In this document: positions 25,144 through 32,000 of the stretch, one piece after another
Layout: every line of letters starts with the position of its first letter
Position numbering within the stretch: the stretch's first letter is position 1
From: Geotalea daltonii FRC-32
Lineage (GTDB): Bacteria; Desulfobacterota; Desulfuromonadia; Geobacterales; Geobacteraceae
NCBI RefSeq assembly: GCF_000022265.1
Contig: NC_011979.1
Coordinates: forward strand, 2,820,001-2,852,000
Length of the DNA: 32,000 bases
Reading direction: 5' to 3'
Notes under the pieces: model-generated
The model's input: the letters and a program-made list of their open reading frames with translations, nothing else
Database searches by the model: none
Told to the model about the DNA's origin: nothing
Position numbers and translations under genes: made by a program

Positions 25144-25951
25144 GGTTACCATTGAACCGTTTCGCCCCTACCAGGTGCCGCTCTTTCTTGCCCTGGCGGC
25201 AAAAGAGGGGTGGAAATGCGGGCAGTGGGAATTCGATTTTCTCCTGGAGAACTTTGGCCAAGGATGCTGGGTGGCGCGCCATAATCAGCACGTCGCCGGT
25301 TTCGTCACCTCTGTGAAGTATGGGAAAAGCGGGTGGATCGGTAATCTGCTGGTACGGGCTGAGTTGCGGGGACAAGGCCTTGGCCGGTTCTTAATGGAGC
25401 AGGCCATTGCTTCCCTTGATCGTGCCGGTACGGAGACGATCTGGTTGACTGCTTCCCGGTCCGGCCGACCCCTGTATGAAAAACTTGGATTTTTCCAAAT
25501 CGACATGATCACCCGTTGGCGGGGGAGCGGCGACATCAATAGCCGCAAATTACAGCAGGGGTATACGTTGGAGATGGTCGAAGAACTCGATCAGCTTGGC
25601 TGGGGGGACCACCGCAGTCTCATCATCCGCAAAGCGGCAGAACAGGGAACGGTGCTGAGTGTTCCTGACGGTTTTTGCATGGTCCAGAATGCAGGTGGGA
25701 CACTGCAACTGGGACCATGGTGTTGCCGCAGCCTCCCGGCAGCGGAAAATTTGCTGGAACAGGCTTTGACGATGATGGGGCAGGGGGATGTTTTTCTCGA
25801 CGTCCCTGATTCCAATGGCAATGCCGCTTTTATCCTGCGCAAGCGGGGCTTCACCCCGTGCGGTGGGACTGTCCTCATGTACCGGGGGGCGTCACCCGCC
25901 TATCGGTCCCAGCTCATTTATGCCCTTGCCACCATGGGCAGCATCGGCTGA
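25133..25951 (+). CDS. GNAT-family N-acetyltransferase (two-lobed)
   Basis: The acetyl-CoA binding motif region is LLVRAELRGQGLGRFLMEQAI...PLYEKLGF. GTG start at 25133 overlaps the nifB stop by 11 nt. Confidence 0.7.
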   Translation: MRPEVTIEPFRPYQVPLFLALAAKEGWKCGQWEFDFLLENFGQGCWVARHNQHVAGFVTSVKYGKSGWIGNLLVRAELRGQGLGRFLMEQAIASLDRAGTETIWLTASRSGRPLYEKLGFFQIDMITRWRGSGDINSRKLQQGYTLEMVEELDQLGWGDHRSLIIRKAAEQGTVLSVPDGFCMVQNAGGTLQLGPWCCRSLPAAENLLEQALTMMGQGDVFLDVPDSNGNAAFILRKRGFTPCGGTVLMYRGASPAYRSQLIYALATMGSIG

Positions 25952-26097
25952 TTCCCTTTCTCCCCGCGTCTGCGTTTGCTTAATCCTCTTCAGGCCTTCC
26001 GACGAATATTTCCCTTGCAGAATTCCCTCAAGCTGGACCCATTCTTTACCGATTAATGAGGAAAGCCGGGTTCAGGATTAAAACATCGGAGGTAGTA

Positions 26098-28086
26098 ATG
26101 TCGTTTACTATGGGGAAGAAGCTGTATTTGGTCATTATCCTTGTAGCCACCATGGTTGTTCTCAACATCCTTTCCTCGTCCATGGTAGCCGGTGCTCTAC
26201 GCACAATCAAGGAACAGGCGGGCACCATGCGGGGCAACTCGGAAGAAGGGCGGCTGACCCAGGAACTGCAACTACAGGTGGCGAATGTCTGGCAATATAT
26301 TACCGATGCTTCCCTGGTAAAAGAGCGAGAGGTGATCGATAATGAGGCGAAACCTGCCTATGACAAAGCGCTGAAATTAGTTGATCGGCTCATTGAACTC
26401 AATCACCAGGACAAAGGGCTGCTGGCCAATCTTGAGGAGCTTAAAAAGAACCTGCCTGCCATGTGGGAAACGGGTGAAAAAATGTTTGCTGCCTTTCAGA
26501 CTGATTTTGAACAGGGTAAGGTTTTGATGGATGCCTATGACAAAGCCTGTGACAAAGTTATCATGGATGCGGCCAGTATCAACGAGCAGCATAAGAAAGA
26601 TAATGACAAGCTTTTCGAACAACTATTCAGTGAGGCAGCCGATACCAGGATCAATGCCATTTTGACAATGGTGGTGATAATCGTAACCAGCATGGTGGTT
26701 CTTCTGGCTACATTCATGGTCCGGCGGTCGATCATGGCCTCCATGCATCATATGCTGAAAACGGCTGCCGATGTGGATGGAGGAAATCTCGTCGTTGCGG
26801 ATGAAGAGGCTGGAGCGACCGGCAGCAAGGACGAAATAGAGCGGCTCAGGCAGTCGTTCACGGGGGTTGTCGGCAAGTTTCACGATGTGGTCGATGACGT
26901 GGTGCAATCGGCAGCCTGTTTGAGCGGCAGCATGGCAATCCTGAAAAATCGTGCCGAGAATACCGCCGATGGAGCCCGGCGCCAGACGGAGCAGGCCACC
27001 CAGATCGCCACCGCTGCCGAAGAGATGAGTCTTACCATAGCCGACATCTCCCAGACCTCTGCTAATGCTTCGGACATTTCCGGAGATGCCCTGCAAACAG
27101 CCCAGCAAGGAAAGACCGTGGCTGCCGAGGCGGTTGAGGCCATCGATCGCGTCTTGATCAGCAATAAGGAACTGGCCCATATGGTCGGCGAACTGAACAG
27201 CCAGGTCACTGAGATCAGCGGTGTTGTGGAAGTGATCTCAGACATTGCCGACCAGACAAATCTTTTGGCATTGAATGCGGCAATAGAAGCAGCAAGGGCT
27301 GGGGAACAGGGACGCGGCTTCGCCGTGGTCGCCGACGAGGTCAGGGCGCTGGCCGAGCGGACCATAAAGGCGACACGGGAAATTGGCACCAAAATCACCA
27401 AGGTTCAGGACGAATCCCAGCGAACCGCCAACTCCATGGATACGGCCTCGACCGAGGTGGAGAGGGCCACCGGATTCATCGGCAAGGTGGAGGAAGCCCT
27501 GGACAGTATCGTTGGACAGGTGCAAATGGTGCGCGACAAGATCGTGCAGATTGCCACGGCGATCGAGGAGCAATCGGCAACCGCTTCCGATGTGGCGGCC
27601 AATGTGGAAAGAACAAGCAACATAGCCCGCGATATGGAAAGAATGTCTTCAGATGTGCTGCAGGAGGTGAGCGCGCTGACCCAGACCAGCGAAACACTGA
27701 GAAACAGAACCGCTGCCTATAAGACAAAAGGCAGCAAGCTGCTTATCCTGGAACTGGCAAAAGCCGACCACCAGCTATTTGTCGGCAAGGTAGGAGCTGC
27801 GGTCAACGGGCACCAGGATCTGGATCCGGCGCAGCTTCCCGATCATCGCAACTGTCGCTTCGGCAAATGGTATTACAGCGAGGGGACGGAGACGTGTGGC
27901 AAAGCTGCCAGCTTCAAAGCCATTGAAGTCCCCCACGAGCGGATTCACACCTTGGCCAGGGAAGCGGTCATCGCCTATCGGAAAGGACAGAAGGCAGAGG
28001 CATTGCAGCAACTGGCAGAGGTGGAAAAGATATCCGGTCAGATATGCAAGGGGCTGGATGCAATCAAGTTGGAGTGCAAAGGCTGA
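26098..28086 (+). CDS. methyl-accepting chemotaxis protein with C-terminal CZB (chemoreceptor zinc-binding) domain
   Basis: Two TM segments flank a ~170-aa periplasmic domain. The MCP signalling hairpin is [43 protein letters not shown]. The C-terminus is HQLFVGKV...[12 protein letters not shown]...PHERIH. ATG 26098 has SD GGAGG. Confidence 0.88.
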   Translation: MSFTMGKKLYLVIILVATMVVLNILSSSMVAGALRTIKEQAGTMRGNSEEGRLTQELQLQVANVWQYITDASLVKEREVIDNEAKPAYDKALKLVDRLIELNHQDKGLLANLEELKKNLPAMWETGEKMFAAFQTDFEQGKVLMDAYDKACDKVIMDAASINEQHKKDNDKLFEQLFSEAADTRINAILTMVVIIVTSMVVLLATFMVRRSIMASMHHMLKTAADVDGGNLVVADEEAGATGSKDEIERLRQSFTGVVGKFHDVVDDVVQSAACLSGSMAILKNRAENTADGARRQTEQATQIATAAEEMSLTIADISQTSANASDISGDALQTAQQGKTVAAEAVEAIDRVLISNKELAHMVGELNSQVTEISGVVEVISDIADQTNLLALNAAIEAARAGEQGRGFAVVADEVRALAERTIKATREIGTKITKVQDESQRTANSMDTASTEVERATGFIGKVEEALDSIVGQVQMVRDKIVQIATAIEEQSATASDVAANVERTSNIARDMERMSSDVLQEVSALTQTSETLRNRTAAYKTKGSKLLILELAKADHQLFVGKVGAAVNGHQDLDPAQLPDHRNCRFGKWYYSEGTETCGKAASFKAIEVPHERIHTLAREAVIAYRKGQKAEALQQLAEVEKISGQICKGLDAIKLECKG

Positions 28087-28108
28087 GTTTGATTATATTT
28101 ATTGCTTG

Positions 28109-28146
28109 AAAAAAAGGAGCCCTCCTCGCGGAGCGCTCCTTTTTTT
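28109..28146. terminator. bidirectional intrinsic terminator between the convergent MCP and CoA-transferase genes
   Basis: A7-GGAGCCCTCC-tcgc-GGAGCGCTCC-T7, a 10-bp stem with one mismatch. Confidence 0.75.
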
Positions 28147-28165
28147 GTCAGCTGTGGAATCTTTC

Positions 28166-29728
28166 TCAGATTTCCCAGTTATCGATTTTCATGGTGCCGT
28201 TCTTAGCCAGGTTGACCTGCATCTTGAAGACCCGGTCCAGAAGCTGGGGCTCATGGCCGGCCTTCCTTGCCAGGCATTCCTTGGTCGCCATGTCCAGGTA
28301 CTCCTGGAGGAGCGGCTTGTAATCCGGATGGGCGCATTTGTCGATGATGAGCCGGGCGCGGCTTTTCGGATCGAGGCCGCGCAGGTCGGCAAGTCCTTGC
28401 TCGGTGACCAGGACGTCCAGGTCGTGCTCGGTGTGGTCAACGTGGGGCACGTGAGGCACGACGCAGGTGATGCCGGTCGGGTCGGTCTTGGTGGGACGGG
28501 CCGACGGGGTATGCATGATGGACAGGTAGGCGTTGCGCAGGAAGTCGCCGGAGCCGCCGATGCCGTTGATCATGCGGGTGCCGCCTACCAGGGTGGAGTT
28601 GGCATGGGCATAGATATCGAATTCCACCGGGGTATTCATGGCAATACAGCCCAGACGGCGGATCGGTTCCGGGTGGTTGGCCACGGAGAGGGGGCGCATC
28701 ATCACCTTGCTGCTATACTTGTCCCAGTTGCCGTAAAAACGCTTGAAGCCGTCAACGGAGAAGGAGAGGGAGACGGTTGAGGCGAAGTCCAGCTTCCCTG
28801 AATCGAAAAAGTCGAGCATGGTGTCCTGGAGTACTTCGGTCCAGACATTGAGGCCGCTGAACGGTCCATTGGCCAAGCCGCCGATGACGGCGTTGGCGAT
28901 GGAGCCGACACCCGATTGCAGCGGCAACAGGTTTTTCGGCAGCCGGCCGTTATCCACTTCGAACTTGAAGAAATCGATGATGTTGTCGGCGATGGCTTTA
29001 GATGTATCGTCCTGCTCGCTGAAGGAACGACCGTTGTCGGGGTGCTTGGATTCGACAATGGCGACGATGCGGTCGGTGTCGATGCGCACGTAGGGAGAAC
29101 CGGCACGATCGTCAACCCGGCTGATGAGGAACGGGAGGCGGTGGGGAGGATTGACCGGTTCGATGATGTCGTGGAGCCCTTCAAAGCTGGGGATGGAGGT
29201 GTTGATTTCGATGATGATCTTGTCGGCGATCTGCACTATTTCAGGGACGGCGCCGCAGGAAGCGGTGAGGACCAGGCCGCCGTTTTCGGTGATGGCGGAA
29301 CATTCGATGATGGCGATATCCAGACGGCCGCCGTTATCCTTGGTATAGAAGCCATAGCCAAGGTCCTGGGCGAACATGGAGAGGTGACGATCTCCCATGC
29401 GGATGCGCCCTTCGTTGATGCCGGCCTGGATGTTCTTGCCGGTCTGGTAAGGCCAGCGGCGGTCGATCATGTCCAGTGATGCCCAGCGGTCTTCGGTCTC
29501 AACCCCGACCGATGCACCGATGAAAAGGTTGAACTTCAGTTTTCCCTGCAGGCCGTTTTTTTCCACATGATCGGCAAGGGCGATGGGGACCATTTTCGGG
29601 TAGCCGGCCGGGGTAAAACCGGACCAACCGACATTCATTCCGTTCTTGAACAGCGGAATGACTTCTTCCACCTTGGTGATCTTGGCGTGGAGGCTTGTTT
29701 TTCTAATTCTGTCATGAATTTCCGACAT
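28166..29728 (-). CDS. acetyl-CoA hydrolase/transferase family enzyme (succinyl-CoA:acetate CoA-transferase-like)
   Basis: The family is recognised from [23 protein letters not shown] and an overall ~520 aa layout. The start is moved to ATG 29728 (SD GAGGAG). Confidence 0.85.
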   Translation of the reverse strand: MSEIHDRIRKTSLHAKITKVEEVIPLFKNGMNVGWSGFTPAGYPKMVPIALADHVEKNGLQGKLKFNLFIGASVGVETEDRWASLDMIDRRWPYQTGKNIQAGINEGRIRMGDRHLSMFAQDLGYGFYTKDNGGRLDIAIIECSAITENGGLVLTASCGAVPEIVQIADKIIIEINTSIPSFEGLHDIIEPVNPPHRLPFLISRVDDRAGSPYVRIDTDRIVAIVESKHPDNGRSFSEQDDTSKAIADNIIDFFKFEVDNGRLPKNLLPLQSGVGSIANAVIGGLANGPFSGLNVWTEVLQDTMLDFFDSGKLDFASTVSLSFSVDGFKRFYGNWDKYSSKVMMRPLSVANHPEPIRRLGCIAMNTPVEFDIYAHANSTLVGGTRMINGIGGSGDFLRNAYLSIMHTPSARPTKTDPTGITCVVPHVPHVDHTEHDLDVLVTEQGLADLRGLDPKSRARLIIDKCAHPDYKPLLQEYLDMATKECLARKAGHEPQLLDRVFKMQVNLAKNGTMKIDNWEI

Positions 29729-29897
29729 CTGCCTACTCCTCTTCTCAGTAAGAAATATCTGCATCAATTGCAGGTCGAACGTTCGTTCGAATTCGGGGGA
29801 GGATATTAACATCTAAAAAAATACCCTGCAATCAAATTTGTATACAGTAAGTGGGAAGAATGGGAGTGGCGGCGTGTGGCGGAGGCTTTGGCTGCTG

Positions 29898-30063
29898 CTA
29901 GTGTCCCGATCGGTTAATTCATTCCTTACAATTCTGGCTCTTTTGGCCCCTGGCTGCGTTGCGTCTCCTTGGCTTAGGCCCTGCTAGGCCTGCATCGCCG
30001 CGCCTTGCCAGGAACCAAAATCCCTCAGAATTCTTGCGGTGAACTAACCGCACGGGACACTAG
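29898..30063. repeat. ~165-nt CTAG-bounded nested palindromic element overlapping the TetR stop codon
   Basis: Outer arms are CTAGTGTCCCGATCGGTTAATTCA... and ...TGAACTAACCGCACGGGACACTAG. The inner part carries the CCTGGC...GCCAGG palindrome family seen at 9628-9745. Confidence 0.8.
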
Positions 30064-30650
30064 GTGAGAATTCCCTTGCCGAACAGGTCCATGTAATGGC
30101 GGATCAGTTCTTCATCCCTTTCGGGTGAGTGGCTGACGATTTCCCGGGTGGCGAGGGTGCTGAGAAAGTAGTAATTGACCATGCCCACCATGGCCAGCAC
30201 CGTATCCACAGGGCTCAGTCCCTGGCGAAAATGGCGGATGCGGATGCCTTCCCCAATGGTGTCCATGAGGATGCGGATGACTTTCTTGATGGCCGGATCG
30301 ACAATGGTGGCAAAGTAGGGTGTGGGATTGGTCAGCTCGCTGGTATAGAAACGCATCAGATACGGGTATTCCCGGTGGCGCCTGATGCTCCAGCGGATGT
30401 AGGCCTCGATTTTTTCCAGCGGCGCGGCCTCCAGCTCCCTGATGGTTTCGATCTGCTCGAAACAGGCGAACTGTTCCTGCAGGACCAGTGAATAAAGTCC
30501 CTCCTTGCCGCCGAAGTGATAGGAGATCATGGAAATGCTGACCTCTGCAGCTTTGGAAAGCTCGCGGATGCTGACGCCTTTGAGTCCCCGTTCGGCAAAA
30601 AGTCGGGTGGCCGTTTCGATAAGGTTGTTGCGGTAGTCTTTTTTTACCAT
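30060..30650 (-). CDS. TetR/AcrR-family transcriptional regulator
   Basis: The N-terminal HTH is NLIETATRLFAERGLKGVSIRELSKAAEVSISMISYHFGGKEGLY. Length 196 aa. Confidence 0.9.
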   Translation of the reverse strand: MVKKDYRNNLIETATRLFAERGLKGVSIRELSKAAEVSISMISYHFGGKEGLYSLVLQEQFACFEQIETIRELEAAPLEKIEAYIRWSIRRHREYPYLMRFYTSELTNPTPYFATIVDPAIKKVIRILMDTIGEGIRIRHFRQGLSPVDTVLAMVGMVNYYFLSTLATREIVSHSPERDEELIRHYMDLFGKGILT

Positions 30651-30774
30651 TTCTCACCTTTGGCGTTTGTCCGGGGAATATAACCAAAAAGATGAAACAA
30701 GGCAAATGATATGGGTATTCCTATTCATCAAGGGGGGGCCATGGATTCCCCCTATCGAAACCTTTTGCTGAAAT

Positions 30775-30806
30775 AAAAAAAAGCCCCTCCGCGAAACAGA
30801 GGGGCG
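30775..30806 (-). terminator. intrinsic terminator of the malectin-repeat gene
   Basis: On the - strand: GCCCCTC-tgtttcgcg-GAGGGGC followed by T8, 28 nt after the stop at 30834. Confidence 0.75.
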
Positions 30807-30833
30807 AAAAGAAGCATCCATGGGCATTCTAAC

Positions 30834-32000
30834 CTACATGCTCTTCACCATAATCGCACTCACCTTGCCATAATCTTTGGTGCTGGTGAATTTGACGGTG
30901 ATGGCGCCGTTGGTCGCTGTGACCGGAATCACCACGTCATAGGCGACGTTTTTCCCCACCTTGGCATAGATGTCCAGGTTGCTGATGACGGTTTGGCCGT
31001 TGATGGCCACGTTGAAGACCCGTCGACCGGCTGCTGAGAAGTAAATCTCGGCAAACTTCAGCGTGACCAGGTAATTGCCGTTGGCTGCCGGGATAGTGTA
31101 GGAGAAATTGCCCCACCGTTCGGACTGGTAGAGGACGTCATTGGTGGTGCCGGCGATGGTCGCAGTGGTCTTGGCGGAAGATCCGCCGCTGAATCTGCCG
31201 TCAGCCTGATACACGGCGCCCGTTGAATCGGTGAACCCGGTGCCGCCGCTGTTGACGGCAAATTGTACTGCCGATGTTGTCGGGACGAAGGCTGCCGCAA
31301 TAGTGTGATTGGCGGTGACGTTGCTAAAGGTGTAGGTGGATACTGCCCCGACCGAAGTGCCGTCGACGGTAACGGCAGAGATTTTGTACCCGCTGCCCGG
31401 GATAATGGTAAAGGTCTGACTGCTTCCGCCAGTGACCGTGGTAGTGCCGGCAGGGCTTATGGTGCCGCCGGTTCCGGCGGAAGCTGTGATGCCGTATGAA
31501 GCAATGCCGGCTGAGGGGCTTATCTTGATGGCGCTGATCTTACCGTAGTCCCTGGTGCTGGTGAAACCGATGGTTACGGCGCCGGTGGTGACGTTGATCG
31601 GAATCACCACGTCATAGGCCACGTTTTTGCCCACTTTGGCAAAAATGTCCAGGTTGCTGATAACGGTCTGGCCGTTGACGGTGACGCTGAAGACCCGCTG
31701 GCCTGCTGCGGAGAAGTAAATCTCGGCGAATTTGAGTGTCAGTGAATAGTTGCCGTTAGCTACGGGGATGCTGTAGGAGAAATTGCCCCAGCGCTCGCTC
31801 TGGTAGAGGGTATCGTCGGTGGTGCCGCCGATTGCGGCTGTTGTTTTTGCGGCACTTCCGCCGCTGAAAGCGCTGTCGGCACCGTAAATCAAACCGGTTG
31901 CATCGGTGAATGCCGCACCGCCGCTGTTGGCGGCAAAAGATTTCAGGGTACTGCCGGCGGCGACGAAAGTGGCTTGAATGGTGTGGTTGGCGGTGACATT
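30834..32000 (-). CDS. secreted/surface repeat protein with alternating malectin-like carbohydrate-binding domains and bacterial beta-repeat modules (5' end outside window)
   Basis: Two ~125-aa malectin-like units (LYQSERWGNFSY..P.ANGNY..TLKFAEIYFSAAG.RVF.V..NGQTVISNLDI.AKVGKNVAYDVVIP) are separated by a ~80-aa unit (SAGTGGTISPAGTTTVTGGSSQTFTIIPGSGYKISAVTVDG). The frame stays open from 31892 to base 32000 and repeats the same module (NVTANHTIQATF...), so the gene is truncated by the window edge. Confidence 0.8.
   Translation of the reverse strand, partial: NVTANHTIQATFVAAGSTLKSFAANSGGAAFTDATGLIYGADSAFSGGSAAKTTAAIGGTTDDTLYQSERWGNFSYSIPVANGNYSLTLKFAEIYFSAAGQRVFSVTVNGQTVISNLDIFAKVGKNVAYDVVIPINVTTGAVTIGFTSTRDYGKISAIKISPSAGIASYGITASAGTGGTISPAGTTTVTGGSSQTFTIIPGSGYKISAVTVDGTSVGAVSTYTFSNVTANHTIAAAFVPTTSAVQFAVNSGGTGFTDSTGAVYQADGRFSGGSSAKTTATIAGTTNDVLYQSERWGNFSYTIPAANGNYLVTLKFAEIYFSAAGRRVFNVAINGQTVISNLDIYAKVGKNVAYDVVIPVTATNGAITVKFTSTKDYGKVSAIMVKSM

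Overview
This window holds a nitrogen-fixation (nif) locus of Geobacteraceae/Desulfuromonadales type. The taxon call is an inference from the fused nifEN, the presence of draT/draG and the sigma54-plus-terminator leaders. Gene order: two small paralogous periplasmic stress-like proteins; a nuclease-XPD/DinG-like Fe-S helicase (-); nifV; nifH, nifD and nifK separated by unusually long repeat-filled spacers; a Tat multicopper oxidase plus a di-heme peroxidase-like cytochrome c on the opposite strand (the cytochrome carries an (MGGGG)8 tandem-repeat insert); fused nifEN; nifX; a nif-type 2x[4Fe-4S] ferredoxin; a NifX-like protein; draT; an AT-rich ~3.9 kb foreign island (Zn-ribbon protein, frameshifted KAP-family P-loop NTPase, secreted protein, direct and inverted repeats); draG with a small coupled HTH gene (-); a short radical-SAM nifB; a GNAT acetyltransferase; an MCP with a C-terminal CZB domain; a CoA-transferase (-); a TetR regulator (-); and a partial malectin-repeat protein (-). 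nifV, nifH, nifEN and nifB are each preceded by a -24/-12 promoter and then an intrinsic terminator in the leader, which fits ANTAR-type antitermination. Several families of long imperfect palindromes fill the intergenic regions. I found no rRNA, tRNA, CRISPR array, transposase or integrase. The strongest candidate for something new is the island between draT and draG. The Met/Gly-repeat cytochrome with its oxidase, and an orphan promoter-to-terminator unit upstream of that oxidase, come next. All family assignments come from motif recognition by eye and no database search was run.
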